A stretch of 55,368 nt of DNA, filler included, from Catajapyx aquilonaris (GCA_000934665.2; 4 parts of 4 records of this genome joined end to end with filler, not necessarily neighbours in it); one strand, 5' to 3'. Shown: positions 33,823 to 48,655, numbered from the whole stretch's first letter. The notes: a model not told the origin generated them from the sequence alone. A program made the numbers and translations.

Positions 33823-36800
33823 ATAGTTTCTATTCTATGTTGGACATCAAGTCATGACAACATGAATGGGCTGTTATGTTCGGCGTAGTGTTGTAAAACA
33901 GCCAGAATTTTTGACTCTAGAAAAAAACTACTTTTTCAGAGAAAAACGCGTTTTTTTTGGAAAAAGTATTTTTCCTACAAACTATTTAATATTTCCAGAA
34001 ACCCTTTGGCTTTTTATATCAATTACATTATTACTGAAGTCGCCTGTTTAAATACCTGCAAATCTTATTATGAAGAACCCAAATCTAGGAAATGAGCCTG
34101 TTACTGTCAGCCATGTCTTCATTTTTGGGGGAATTCCCGAAGGACTTGGATATATTCAAGGACCCAATCATTGCAACAGCATTTCGGCATGGATTCCCTC
34201 AGTGATTTGGTCAGACGAAATAGTAGTCAGGAATATATTGCAATAATTTTTTGACGACTGGCATAAAACTTATTAATCACAAAGTAAGAATGAGATCGAT
34301 TAACCGATTAATTTGACCTGTAACACATAACACATTGTGCAGTTTCCAATGCAATGTTGTGAATTAAAACAAAGGAGAGTGATTTTTTGTCCTAGCTTAA
34401 AACCAAACCTGTTTAAAATGTATCTTCATGTAGTAGTCAAAATAAAAAGTGCAGAATTTTTATAAATCCTGTTTTTCCATGAGCTCAGAAAAAAATGCTA
34501 GTTTATTCCGGGCCTCTACAACATTTGCTTAGATCTTCGCAATCACGGTAGCAGGAGTACACGCTCTAGCTCCTGCAGTGTTTACTCCATGGTTTTAGGT
34601 TTACTCCCTATTCCAATGCGATCGTGAACTCGAACGATACGTGAGAATTGGTTGCGCAAGAGTCCTATGCGCATCTGACGAGGTTTGAGCCTATTCTTAC
34701 GGGCCATGAGCATTGTATACCCCTAGGTCATGAAACAGGATCTGAAGACTCCAAAGAGGTCAATCTCCACACTGATGTGAGGGCCCAACTTCGTATAGTA
34801 TCGAAGCATATAGTCGGCAGTGGAAGAAGCAGAATTTGATTTGCGCAGAAGATTGCCATGTCCATTCGGGATCTGGATACACAAATGATGTCTCAGGTAT
34901 AGAAAATGATTCCTTCCTTCTGTCCACGCCCCTCTGAATATATTTTTAACATGTACACAATCATGTATGCGTTACACTGAACCTACTGTAAATTTGGCTC
35001 TACAGGAGTGGTTCCCAAACTGTATACTATACCGTCCCCTGGGGGCTGGGAGCACACAGTGGTCTGAAGACTCAGTAATAGTGCCTAAAAGTCTTAGTAC
35101 ATCGGTAAAATAACCACTTATTCGTGAAGCACAGTTGACACAGAACACGTTGAAATGTGAAGAGGAAACGGGACTGATCTCTGAACATTATAGTCACCTA
35201 CTTTTCAAGGGCTATGATAATATATTTTCAGAGCAGTTCAGAAAACTTTGTGATTATTACTTGTCAGTATCAGGGTTACACTATTTTTCTTGAAATATTA
35301 TTTTCATAAAAAAATCAACTACTCTAAAAGTTTATTATTTTCTAACAGTGCTGGAAAAATCTATATATAGAAATTTTCAAAATACTCCAACGCTTTTGTA
35401 ACCAATTGAAATAGGAAGAAATTGTTCATGTGCAGTTTTCAAATTCAAGTTGTAGGCAAAAACTGAGCTTCGAGTTTCAGGTAATATTATTAGACACAAC
35501 TGTACTAATATTTTATTATTTTTATTTTTATTTATTTATTACCCCTTGCTCAGGGCTGTAGCCCTGTTTCGGGGGACACACATTACCAGTTTCCATACTA
35601 CAAAATTACAACTGTACTAATATTAGTGCAATATTACCTAAAACCGATCTTGCAACACATCCGTCAGAGTCTATAAAGGAACATCGCAGCTCACTTGCAG
35701 ATGATGTTTGCGAGATATATTTACAAAATTAATATGGTGTGAGTTCAAGTATGTGTTCGTTCCACCCAGAGGCTCCCCATAACAAATAATATTACAAATG
35801 TAGTATGCATTTCGAAACAATGCCACTCTTCAAAATTAAAGGGTGCGATACTTGTATGTTGCAATAGATTTCATTAGAAAAATAGTGAAATTTTGAAGAA
35901 AAAAAATATCGCGCAAAAATCATTGGATGCATGCTCAACACAACAATGAGCTATTTTCCCTAAACATCAAGAAGGTAGTGTGAAATAATTTCAGAACCTA
36001 TACGCAGTGCACTATTGAACTAATATGCAAATAAACATCCCGATACACAACAGACAAGTCTAACTAAGTTAGTGATTGTAATTCACATTGTTCTATGTAT
36101 CACATCTACGTATAACAAGCACCCTAAGTAATCAATATCCCTACCATCTTATGAGAAAACTTTGAGTTGTCTACAGGTAAGCTTATCTGATTGATAAATT
36201 CTATCTATGAGCATATATACAATAAGTTACTACACTACTGGAGTGCTACGTGATAATTATGTCTGTTTCGGACATACATTAGATCTTGGCTCTCCTGTGG
36301 GTATTTATAACACAAAAAACCTACAGTATGACCATTACTTGTACTAATCAGCCTCTTGGTGTGGATTATTTACTCCACACATGTAGGAATACAACATAAA
36401 GTTAGGGAATACTTTCTAGCAAAATTTTTAAATGGATAGAATCAACTCTTATCAATATGCACAGAAGCACATATAGTAGTTCTCGACAATAGGGATTATT
36501 ATACAGCACTGATGAGCTATAGTTTCTTTTATGAACTCAAATAAAGCGTTAACAGAAAACTTGTTTTCAAAATACAAGAAATTAAGACGAAAGCCTCTAT
36601 GACTATACAACCCTAGCAGTCATTATTGTACTATCTTTGTATCTATAATGCTACAACAAAAGCTTTATTCTGACTTTGATTTATCCTCATTTTGCTTTCA
36701 TTTTAATGTACTGCACATTACACGACAAGAAAACCGCTCACCAACTAAATCACAACGATATGACGATAAATGATCCAAGATAGGATCCACAGAGAAAGCA

Positions 36801-39533
36801 CCCACAGAAAAAACACCCGACATTCCATTTAACATACGAACTGTAGTAAGGTACAGAGCCCAATTAAGGCCATTATTTTGTTTCTTGTCTGATATCACCT
36901 TCTCACAACAAATGACGACACTGATACCTAGTATATGGCTCCCTTTGTGAAGTATAATATATTATGGTTCCAATCGCGTCTGGATAAATATCGGACGGTG
37001 ACGGAACTCGAGTCTCGGCCACCGAACTAACTTCAGTGCTTGGCTCCAATAACTGTTTTAACTGTCTGTTAAGAACTAACTTAGGTTAACGCCGATGAGG
37101 CTGCTGATTGTGGTCCTCTAACGCGCAGTGAGATAAACCCGAGGTAAGGAATCTGAAAAAGGCCGCGCCCACTGCACGGCCATGATTTATCTACTATTTA
37201 AATGTGAAGAAGCCAGGGCAACGAAAGTTCCTATTGGTTCCAATGTAATTTTAAAATATAGACTACATGCCTCGGGCATTTTGGCACACATTTGGTGAAC
37301 GCTACACGCAAAACACTGGCCAATTTGAATTTATTTGTTTTCGGAGAGTATAGGCCTAAATGAAGGCTTTTGAGGCTGTCAACTGTCAGTGATCTATATA
37401 ATAATTGTAAAGTAGGTGGTCCAAATAAGACCAGCAAATCAGGCCACATTTCTGTTTCTCGTCTCTTAGTAACAACTTCTGGCAACATATGACTACATAA
37501 ATTGGCCCCCTTGTGGGATATAATTTTGGTGACCACGGACTGTTGGTGACCAATGGCGTCTGGAAAACATAACGGAAATTGCAGGAAATCGTGCCATAGC
37601 CTCGGATATAATTATTTTAGATGAGACACCAATGCCAGGTTAAACGCAGTAAAAATAGAATAAGAAAATCATCGATTGTGTATTGGTGTCAGGTGAGAAA
37701 CAAATTGAATCGAGAGAAAGAAAAAAACAGCAGAAGTTCATTTTTTGCGAAAATGAGATTATCATGGGATGTGGTAGTCCTTGTCCATGTGCATAGGGTG
37801 ATGGAAAAGAAACACATGCCACTTGTATGAGTAAGGCAGTAGAACGGGACAAAGTCTGGAAGAACAGCATATAATTATCCTGGATGTGTGCTGTTCTTCC
37901 GTGTCTCTTCTTCTGTTTCAGCCTCATCCAATTCATCGTTATACTATCATGATATACCCGAGTCTTTTCCTGGCCACACGTTTTGATTTCCAATAAATTT
38001 AATGTGTTGTAATCCTGACACATTATTTTGATTTATAAATAAAATTCTTGGAAAAGGTAAGGAAGAACAGCACAAGTCCACATTTTAACTTACATTATCT
38101 CGATAGTTAATTAATGTAGTGAGGACCAAATTACATTTCTGGAAGTGTATGCCTGTCTACTAATATATCCTAACCTAAAGTATGAAGTGTCAGTTGTGAA
38201 CGGTAAGCTCTGTGATCAGTTTTTTGTCTCTCGTGAAAAATTTGCATTTTGTGACATGTGCTGTTTTTCTTTCTCTCGATTAATGTAGTTTAGGAGGATG
38301 AAACTCAAAAAGCGGTAAGCTTTAGAACTTTGTTTCCATTAAATCGAGTGAAATTTTGTCTAGGCCCCGAATAAGGCCACGTTTTGAATGCACTTTTCTC
38401 ATTATGACGTCTATATTGGATTGAACTGCATATTTGCATCATAATTCACTAACAATCTAAGTAAGCTAGTTGTGGGCACTAGCTATACGCGTAGTAGAAA
38501 TTAGAAAAGCTGCTAACTCACAGCTCTTAAAACAAATGGGCAGGTACAAATTGCAGGCTATTGACTTATGCTGATGTAAATTAAGAGATAATAAATGGTA
38601 ATTTTAGCAGTGCCATGGCAAATCAGGAAAAAGAAAGAAGAATATCTGCTTTGTGACTAACAAAGCACCCCATTTAGTCTTAATCATGATTTTACAAGTG
38701 TGGTTGCACCACCGAGAGTATGCTACTGACGGAGGATTTATCCTTGGTATGGATTTGTCCCAAAAATAGAATGAAGATAACAACAAAGACAAAATAATCA
38801 TCCATCCAGTTTTCAGCTTCAGTGTTGAAAATGGGCCTCAAAAGTGTGATAACATGATAGTTAATCATGATATGCGGATACTGGCAAAATCAGCAAGAAA
38901 AATAAACTTGTATATTATGTGGATTTACTGCCGTAAATTACTGTTTGTATTACATTCTGAGGTCAGAACATCAGTCCAGAAGTGATTGGAGATAATAATG
39001 AAAAAACCTGACAATAGGATTACACAAGATTCATTTATGACACACCCAAATGAAATGGCCTTAATTACGGACCAGGGATCCCTAATTAGGGCCACTTGCA
39101 AAGGTTTTTTTTCAAAATCTGTAAAACATACTTATACCGTGAACATTGAAGTAATTTTCACTTTATTTTAGAAGAAGGTTACAACTCCCTACCACATAGT
39201 AATCTAGTAAACCTATAACAGGCAAGCTTTAAAAATTCATCTTCCTTAAGGTGTCCTCATTTTAGGCCACCTACCTTATGTAATTATTATAAGCTGCTGT
39301 GTGCATAAACAATATAATATATACGAATATACCCGCAATAATCCTGTTTGTGGCAGTATCCTGCACCTGAAGCTGTTATTAACAAAATATCTCAAATATA
39401 TAGTCTCCCACAAAAATTATTATTTGTATTGTCTAATCCACCAAATATTTCCTATCACTCATATGGGTAACAAAACGAAAACTGGCTTTCAACTCCTGGT
39501 TAAGCTACTGTATAATAAGAGCATTGTCTACAT

Positions 39534-40900
39534 CAGTGCTTCTTAAACTCGTGAATGGTTCACCCTAGCGTGAATGAAATTATTTTGGGTTTAAATAAGG
39601 GTGAACAAACGTGGACGGTGAATGACTTAATTTACTCAGATGTTAAAATTTTTACATAAAAAGAACTGCCATTAAAGTGATTTGACAGCTCGTATTTATT
39701 TTTAATATCAGTGGAACTAGAAATGATGAAGGTATAGTTTTTCCTACGAATGCCACAATTTATAAAAAAGTTGTGCATAATAATGTAACTTAACATTAAG
39801 AAGTTAAACTCATTTGTCATGTCTGTTCGGATTTGAGATATTTTCCATATCATATACTCAATGTTGAAACATGAATTCTAGGTACATTATATACAGTACA
39901 TTACATGCAATCCAAAGCTAGAGTGTGTCATTTTATTTCTGTGATATTTTGCATTTCCTACTCTAACATAATTTTGTGAGTTTGACTTGATACTTTGCTA
40001 GCCACTGATGCAGACACAGCAAGGGTAACATGGGAACAGCACGTAGGTTATTTTGTTTAAACATTAAGGCCAGCATAATTATCTAACATATTATTATTTA
40101 TGGCTGCTATAACATATTATCAGAAAACCAAATATTTTTTAATTTTTTAATTTTTGCTCTGCATAGTACAGTGGTACTCACTTGCACTTATTTGTCAAAT
40201 TTTGCTTTTTATATTTTGGTTTCTAAGTACTTCCCAAAGCGTCACCTTGTTATTAGATGTACTTCAAATTTTGTCTGGCAAAATTGTGACATGACTTCTA
40301 ATTTAGAAAACTGAATATAACCATGTTCATAATAGCATTCGCAAAGGCAATTTCTCCAATTTCCCACATTTGGAAAACTTTCTAAAAGGATGTAGGTGGA
40401 AAATAAAATCAAAACACTGACAAAGGTCAATTACGACTATCTGCAGTTACTGTCTACAAAATAATTTTGAAACATGTTCCTTAGAAGCTTCTTTAGGACT
40501 AGGAAAATCAGATGTGGATTGTTAATCCAACATCATCAAATGCATCACGCGAGCATATGTTGGAGGAATGTCACAAATGTTAACGGAATATCATTACTTC
40601 TGTATGACTTCGCACAAAAAGGAACCACATATTAAGTTCTTTTGATAATTATGTACTCCTGCTATGGAGACTATTGAGTTTGATTACTTGCTTTTCCTGC
40701 ACACAAATCAATTGTCTTCAAGGTCCTTCAACCACCAGTATGTTGACAACAACCTTCCTGTCTGAACAAGGATTTTCGACCTTGGCAAAATTAAAAATAA
40801 AAAAACAAAATTCACTTCATTGTGCTTATAATTATAACAGTAATGCGAGTTGCTTTGGAGAAGAAACTTGAATCTTGGTTTTAAAAATGTGTTACAGAAG
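39534..40900 (+). mobile_element. Second degenerate copy of the hAT family at 29304
   Basis: Same left end cagtgcttcttaaact. 40680-40810 matches 29810-29940 and reads TTFLSEQGFSTLAKLKIKKQN. Right end not located. Confidence 0.65.
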
Positions 40901-41506
40901 TACAGGAACATCCTAGTCACTGATGATGAAAACATTCTCATATTTATATAGTATAATATTACGCACTAGTGGCATATACATATTATGTGTGTGGGTGTGT
41001 CTCGTTGTTGGGGTAAATACGATATAAATACATACAATAAGATTATTACTTCTAATAACACAGCGCAACAAAAAAAAACTTTCGGCGTGTTACTCGGAAA
41101 CCACTATGCACATCATGTTAGTAGGACCCAAAGTAGCTGGGAAACGCCCGGGATTTCTCTCCCAAAATCTGCAGTGGGTCAGGGTGACCAAAAATGCGAA
41201 AAATTCAAAATATTGACGTTTTTTGGCCTATTTCCAGGTCTGGCAACCACTGTAAGTTTCGGATTTTGTTTTTGCTGGCATTAGGTGTTACCTGGGACTA
41301 GTCTGAAGCCACTATGGTGTTTAAAGTCAATCTTTTATAGAAACTGTGGTTTTCCGTGGTCCTTTTTATGGAAAAAATTTCGTTTTTTTGTACTTTTTCG
41401 TCAATTTTTGGGGAACAGTGTATGGACTTTTTTTAAAAAAAGTGTAGCGTAATGGGCTCTTTAGAGACCCTACAATCAAGGAATAATAGTAGAACTTTCC
41501 TATGCA

Positions 41507-41606
41507 NNNNNNNNNNNNNNNNNNNNNNNNNNNNNNNNNNNNNNNNNNNNTTAATTAATTAANNNNNNNNNNNNNNNNNNNNNNNNNNNNNNNNNNNNNN
41601 NNNNNN
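41507..41606. other. Artificial contig-joining spacer
   Basis: N44-TTAATTAATTAA-N44. Confidence 0.97.
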
Positions 41607-41702
41607 TGGACGGGGGCCAATGGGAGGAGGTGGCGGCGACAATACGGGGGCGGACCAATCAGAGGGCTCGGCGGCCGTCCGCAAGCATTTTAATATTATA
41701 GA
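41607..41702 (-). mobile_element. Helitron-like 5' end
   Basis: The - strand reads a|TCTATAATATTAAAATG, then a GC-rich body cut by the segment boundary. Confidence 0.4.
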
Positions 41703-42619
41703 TATATATATATATATATAAACAATTGGGTAATTGGTAGAGGATATGCACATACAAGATCCATTCTGGCAGAAGTGAGCCAGTCAACTGCAAATGGACA
41801 TGGTGGCAAATAAGCTAAGAAAAAGTACATTACAAATCTAGACTTGACCATCAGTAAACAAAAATTGGCTCACATTCTAATGATCGGATAGACAGAAGTA
41901 CGTAATCCATGAGGGACCGGCCCACACAGACCTTATTTGGTCCAACTGCCATAAGGGTGAGCTACCAATAATATGCTTAGCACCTACTTCAAACCATTCC
42001 TTCCTGATCTTCCTGAATTTGTTCAATTTGACATATTTAGTAGAGCAAGATTAATTTTCTTGGCCACACCTAAGGCAACCCAATTACCTACTCCCTATTC
42101 CCACCCACCACTAGAGGTTTTCTGGCTAACTGGAAACGTGTGAGTTGAAATCACAACAGTATCTGAGGAAAGAAATAGTTATATCGAGGATATGGGATGG
42201 AAAAGGAACAAAAGGTAATGAAATGCAATAATGCATCAGAGTACATGGCTTGTTCAGGTGTCCTCACCTAGACCATCAAGATACCTGTCCCACTGCTGAA
42301 ACAAATGTTCAGGACACTTGCCTCTGGCACTGATGTCAGAAGAATTCTGTCAGCAATGGGTAGGTGTCTCAGTGGTCTCGAAAATGGCTGCAAAGTGCGT
42401 GTTTTATGATCACCAGTGAATTTCATGTATGCGATTAACACACTTCGCGATTTTTGTCCAAATCCGTTATCATCGTGTCGAGGTCTTCCCTTGCAAAATC
42501 TCATTTTAATTTCCCTACCGTCTCTTTTCATATCTGTCTGTCAGCCATCCATATGGTGGATGGAGCTGATAAGGTCTGCCAGCAGCAGGTTCCTTTGCAA
42601 TACCTTCTGACTGTCCTAC

Positions 42620-42940
42620 CATCGATACCAAAAGCCCGGGCATTCCTCCCTTCATCTCATGCAGAGTTCGGGGTCATCTCTGGCTTCGTCTCGGGCGGGA
42701 TTTCCACTAGACTAACTACCCGGGGGAGTTCACAAAATAACTGCCGCTACTGTACAGCATTGCAGATTGTACATCCCCTCCCACTCATCCCCCTCGCTCG
42801 TGGTACCCAGGCATTACGAAAAAGGACCAATAAAAGCTTGTACACCTAAAGCAAATAAAGGTACCATGCCAGATGACCTCATGGGTGGTACCCTAAACCC
42901 TATTATTATTATTATTATCATTCTCATTATCTATATTATT
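42620..42940 (+). mobile_element. SINE family A, 5'-truncated
   Basis: catctcatgcagagttcgggg..cccgggggagttcac..gcaaataaagg and an (ATT)n tail match 15565 and 30220. Confidence 0.8.
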
Positions 42941-44407
42941 AATACCCTACTGCTAGGGCAACTCCTCCCGCTGTGTACTGCCTATAGCATTGGGAGTGTC
43001 AAGTAGTGTCAAAATTTAGCCCGCATTTTCTATATTTGCAATCAATTTGTTTTTTGCAAATGGTGCCGAGGAACTTGGCAAAGCTCAAAAGAAGGTAAAA
43101 AACGCCAAAAAAAAGGCAAAAAAAAGGCAAAAAAAAAGGCACCACGGAGTTCCCATTTCTGCCATTACGTGCTGGGTGGCATTACCGGCTGGGTGTGGCT
43201 TTACTTCTGCGCATCACTGTCGGATGTCGCAGTACGCATCCCCCCCCGCACCCTCCACTTTCGCACTTGTGCCTAATTTTGGCAACTGGACCCTAGTTAT
43301 TATTTTATGTGAACCAAATTTGGACCCATCCAGATTTATTGCACATTTACCTCACAATATCCATAATCATGTCCATGTTGGGTTGATCAGCTTCCATATG
43401 AATGGCCCTCGCACAAAGGAATGATTTATTCAAGTCTGGGTTTGAGGCCCACGTTTCAAAACCAATAAAACCAAACTTTGTGTGCTGATATAGGGAATTT
43501 TTTCCACATTGCAATGAGAGGCACACCCCCTTCTTCCCAGCAGCCAATCACATAATAAGACTTGCATGAGTGTAATACAGGATAGGCTGGCAAGAAGAAG
43601 GAAACAGGGCAGGTGCAAGCATGAGTATAATATACATCAGTTATCTTTCAGGAGGGTACAGAGGATGAGAATGCCATAGTCAATTAATTAATCAATGCTC
43701 CTATTATCCGATTTCCAAAGGACCACTTATCAAGTGTTGTGAATTGTGACATTTGACAACAACAACAACCCCCCCCCCNCCCCCCCCCGCCCACAACATT
43801 GCCACACCCAGTCAGCCGCAATCCGTTATTAAATTACTTCTACAGTTACTCATTACTGAAAGTGGACTAGTTAATTACCACGGTTGAAGAATACCTGAGG
43901 CTTGAGCCTGGAAATCATCCCTTGCAAGCAACAAAAAGTAGCTCTACTGCAGCAACCCAGTAAAAATGTTTCCTTCTACTATTAATGTTACTTGGGATAA
44001 TTCAACAATATCAGGGGTCGAAATATTCGGATGCAAAGGTGCAATTTGCACTCCAAAGTTGTCATCTGCATTCTAAACTGAGCCTTGGAGTGCAAAGTTT
44101 GCACATGTTACAGTCAATCCTATCGATTAACTAATGGCACTGCTAGTTTATGTGAGCTTATCTTTGAAAAATGTACCACTGGAATAATGTACATGTATTT
44201 AAAGATTAATTTCTTTGGTATTTGAAAAGTCTCGTGTACATGGAGTATGAGTGAATGTAAATGAAGTGCATCTGCATGACTATTCAAATCGTAAATCATA
44301 TCTTGAAGATCAAGTGGCAATTAGGTCTGGTAAACACTTGTAATAAACGTAACAAAACATGAAAGACAGAAAAAAGCAGCTGCAGTGGCGTGCTTGGGAG
44401 TGACTAC

Positions 44408-44601
44408 CTCAAGACATCATACGTGTCGACTAGAGCCATGAATCCATCAGGAAACGCTAGGGCATAGGCAGTGAAGGCAACCAGCTCCCCCTTTGAAGCC
44501 TGGCTGGCTGGTACCCTCAGCAGCTCTGACAAATCCTCACGCCATATGCTGCTCAGGTCAAACAAGTCCCTTTCCTCTCCAGTCTCTCTGTCCACGAGGG
44601 T
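44408..44601 (-). CDS. NAPRT: Nicotinate phosphoribosyltransferase, coding exon 6
   Basis: TLVDRETG..GELVAFTAYALAFPDGFMALVDTYDVLR; AG/GT bounded; 194 nt, phase 0-2. Confidence 0.93.
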
Positions 44602-44657
44602 CTGCAATTCAAACATGAATTAGAGAAGATGGCTATTTTTCAAAACACACCACTCAC

Positions 44658-44779
44658 CCGCTGCGTAATCCCGTTCAAGTCATCTGAGAATGAGCTCACA
44701 TACGCATGAGCATGAGTTCCACTCACAGGGATGTGGAACAGCTTTCCAGCCAGTACATTGCTTGTCCCATCAAATCCAC
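44658..44779 (-). CDS. NAPRT: Nicotinate phosphoribosyltransferase, coding exon 5
   Basis: [31 protein letters not shown] with the conserved GTHAH motif; 122 nt, phase 1-0. Confidence 0.95.
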
Positions 44780-46570
44780 CTGTTTGAGATAAAAGTATCA
44801 GTAATTACAAGGCATATCCACAAATTATTTCAAAATTATCTTCATGGTAAAGTGGAATTTCCAACAGCCAAAATGAGACTTTACAAAATTAATGTCCCAC
44901 ACTTTTTGCATCAGCTGGCCAAATGCAGTGCATGTTGCAGAAGAGAAATTCTGATCACAATTTGTTTGGTCTTTTGGGGGAACAAAAGTGATTATGACCA
45001 TCAGGTCAAAGTGAGAGGGGAATAAAAAATTTTGAGTGTGAGTGGAAACATGAAAACCTATGCAAATATGGCATGAATCTCTCAAACCCTCTGCATGATA
45101 AACTCCTCTGTCTTACAGGGAGACTGAGTGTGACAATTCAGAGGCGAAATTCTGTGGCATTACACCCCCATACCACCTTTCCAATTCAAAATGAAGGCCA
45201 TCCAATAACTTCCAACATAATGGGCATCCTGCAGTGAGGTTCACCTGCTGCAGTTTTTCCCAGCTGTAAGTTTTTGATGCAACCCACATCAACATCAGTG
45301 TCTTATCACTAATATCATTGATCAGTCAGGCCTAGGTGGGGAATTAATGAGTAATTAAGTGGCTCGTTTTACTGATTGTTTTGGAGGCATATTCCAAAAG
45401 TGGGCCATGTAATGACCATAATGTGAGGGAAAGAGTTTTAAATTGCTCCTGGATGCAAGTGAAAGTTGAAACATTTTTAAAGCTATAACACTGACATCAT
45501 CATTTATTTTGTCCCCTTGGAACCTCTCATCATCTTAGAATCTTAGATCATCAAGCACCAAGTGGGCCCCGCTTGCAGCTTCTCAGTGGATGATGCAATG
45601 TATGCATGACCTCATTTCACTAAACCATAATGTTCACCTCCTGAGCTGGTGTCAATAATTCTGATTGCACATTACGGCATTACCTATACCCAGATGATTG
45701 CACAACAGCAAGTTACTTTCGGCATATTTGGCATATTTAGATCCTTGGCATTCCTCCATTAGTTATCCTTATAACACATTTTGCTTCCAACATCCCAATC
45801 AACAGTTTCACGTAAACCTCTTGTCACATTAATTTATGCTGCATTATATCAGGAGGTTGTGCAATCAGGTCAAGGTCATATTCAACTACGCCCTGTGAGA
45901 AAAATCAATTATATGGCTTATTTCCCACAATAATTTCCATGACATTGAGAGAGTGACTCGTGCAGCTTAGAGCTATTCTGCTCTAGATCTTAATGGGTAG
46001 TGCCCACAGTATGGGGGAGGAGGTGCCAGGAGCAGACATCCCCTAATATTGATGTCCTTAATCGAGTCTCAGGTGGTGTAGTTATAGGTACAGAATGGAT
46101 TTCAAGAAGTGTGGGGGAGGAGCTGAGGAGTGGAGGGGACATCGGGGTCTGTCACAAACACCGTCCTTCACCTGGTAATTTCAGACCTGATCAGAGGAGG
46201 AGAAAAGACTCCTGGCCTTTCCTGGCGTGCTGCCAAATTTCTCACCCTGGCTAATACCATACCAAAAGTGACCTTCAGGTGCCACTAAACCTGTCCTCTA
46301 ACTAGGAAGAAATATTGTCCACTTGAAATTCCTGTTTTCCCCTTCCCTGCCTCTTGCACAACCTTTCCAAGCATTACTTTTGGAGCAGCAGATCAACATG
46401 CACTTTTCAATTCCTCGTTACTCTAATATCCAACTAAGCTGCACTTCCCACAAGAGTAACTCTGGAAAATACCCCACACTTACCCTAGGCATGTCTTATG
46501 CGATACTTAAGAAATCAAAGTGTAGATCAGCAACTAAATCACAGCCAAATATTGACCTTGGAATCCTTAC

Positions 46571-46782
46571 CAATATAAGCATATTTAGATGCAGAGAGAC
46601 CCCCATCTGGCCCCTGAGCCCTCCTAAGCCCAAACTCAAGCAGCTGCATGCCTGGACCAGATGCTATTCTGTAGCGGGCAGCATTTGTAGCCACCAAACT
46701 GGCATAGTTGACCAATGTCAAGAGAGTCGTCTCCAACAACTGGACCACAATGAGAGGGCCCTCTATCCTCAGGAGGGGAACC
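46571..46782 (-). CDS. NAPRT: Nicotinate phosphoribosyltransferase, coding exon 4
   Basis: [62 protein letters not shown]; 212 nt, phase 2-1. Confidence 0.96.
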
Positions 46783-46892
46783 CTGAAAGTGATTATTTTA
46801 ATTTAAAACAACTCTTAGAAGGTATTTTGACACGTTATGGTACTTCACATGAAACAGTTCCAAACTGAATTTTCTTCAAAATGAAGGCTTAC

Positions 46893-47019
46893 CTTGGAAA
46901 TACCACAGAGCCTTCTGGAATGGCATACACAGTAACATCCCTTGCAGTCAGTTGTTTTAAGTAGCCAAAGAATGCCGGCTCAACACTCTGTGGCAAAGTC
47001 TGCTTCAGGTACGCAATAT
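46893..47019 (-). CDS. NAPRT: Nicotinate phosphoribosyltransferase, coding exon 3
   Basis: [34 protein letters not shown]; 127 nt, phase 1-2. Confidence 0.95.
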
Positions 47020-47665
47020 CTGCAAGTAATGATTATTGGTTTTAAGCTTTACTAGACATCAATCATGTTAGAGGATGATCAAAGGAAAGCCGTAAAGAGC
47101 CAGGTGGCCAAAGAGGTGGGAAAGTGGGTCATGGGGCAAGGCCACAAAGTGATAATAATCCAGTGTTATTTTGAACAGATAAACCCACTCAACATTTTTA
47201 TCAGGGCGGGCGTGACTTTACTTCTCAACTCTATCCATATGGCCCAGCATTGGTAAGCATTCAGATATTTCTTATCAGTTGTACATTCCATAAGCAGTAA
47301 TATTTGCCAATAATTTTCTTATAAGTTGCATGTTCACAAGTCATTGAACCTAGTGCAATTTGTGTTAGTATGACCTTCCTGACCCTCATTGAATGCATAC
47401 CCCAGTAAAAACTTGGGCTAACAAATTGAAAGAATTTTTAAGCAAATAATAGCTCAATGAAGTGTCTCAATAACTTAAAAGCAATCGGCCCACTACTACT
47501 GCAGGAATGTTTCTTGGTATAAAATTAGTTATATGTTTTGAAATGACACCAGAAGGCTAATCAGCAACCACAATGTTATTTTTTCCTCCGAGTCAGGGAA
47601 CTTTGTTACTAGTTGTTTTTTTTTAAATTACTTTCTTGTTTATGAAAAAAGCATGGAACTGATAC

Positions 47666-47836
47666 CTGAGTCTGAGTAATGGAAATGGTAGAGGAATTTG
47701 AGGCACTCCTGCAGCCCAGCAAAGATGGTAAACTCTCCCTGGAATGGGTTCTTGCGGAAGAATAGGTCGAACACTGCATGCTCCCGCATCTTGTCCGACT
47801 TCCAGTAGGCATAGGCCATTGTAATTTGATACAGAT
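47666..47836 (-). CDS. NAPRT: Nicotinate phosphoribosyltransferase, coding exon 2
   Basis: [42 protein letters not shown]; 171 nt, phase 1-1. Confidence 0.96.
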
Positions 47837-48453
47837 CTGGAAAACATAGAGTAATGGCAATCATCACCATACCACTTAAGCTAAATGCCCGAATTGTTCG
47901 CCTAATGCAATTTCTTGTGCTCATATTTTCCAAATGAGAAAGTAATATTTGTACATACCAAAGAGAATGGTTGGAACTAGGCTTAATTTTTACACACAGT
48001 AATTCAACATGGTACAGAATGTATTTATTTTCTGTCCCATCAACCAATCTCTTTGGGCTTAATTGTCAAAAAAATTTAACATTTTGCAATGGAAAAGACT
48101 GTTCCAGTAACAACACCTTGACTGGACTATGCTGCAACTTTCAGGCATGATACGAAGCATGTGAAAGGGACTGTACCTACTCTGTACATATATTATGTCA
48201 TCACATTTTTGACATTTTTGAACCCCCCCCCGGTAATCAGGTAGCGAACACCCCCCTCCCCCCCAATGATGACATAATATGTGTACAGCCCCAAATTATG
48301 CCATCCCCTAATGGGATTCCAATGTTGTCATTGAGTTCCTTGCAGGTTAAGGTCTGTGGCAAAGCATAGACAGCAGTGTGTGCTGACTACATGATATTAT
48401 GACATGATTGGAATGCCTATTGCTAGGGTGTGTGTGTGGATTGTTGACTGTAC

Positions 48454-48655
48454 CAGTGAGCAAGGACTGAATGACCCCGTTCTGGCCATGCCTGGCCATG
48501 ACGTTGAGGGCCTCGACACGGTTGTGGCTGCAGCGGTTGGGCCTGGTCTGCGTCGGAGTCACAGCCTGAGGAAGCGGCGGCGAGGGCAGTAGTTGATTCT
48601 GCTGCAGCTGCTGCCTCTCCCCACCAGACGATGGCTTCTGCAGGGTCGCACTCAT
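48454..48655 (-). CDS. NAPRT: Nicotinate phosphoribosyltransferase, coding exon 1 (start codon uncertain)
   Basis: MSATLQKP..QNGVIQSLLT with donor G|gtacag joins exon 2 to give LLTDLYQ. A downstream ATG (MARHGQN) is an alternative start. Confidence 0.85.

Noticed and set aside
36960..37200. CpG-rich patch with CCAAT boxes and a gag|gtaagg donor, possibly a promoter or non-coding first exon
   Set aside because: No downstream coding exon could be identified in the segment.
42271..42533. Possible alternative NAPRT exon (acag|ATATGAA..CTAG|gtgagg on the - strand)
   Set aside because: In the required phase it stops after RYEKRR and shows no NAPRT similarity; cannot be supported without RNA data.
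46323..46868. 181-aa + strand ORF and other ORFs overlapping NAPRT/MPV17 exons
   Set aside because: Antisense shadows of real - strand exons with no recognisable motifs.
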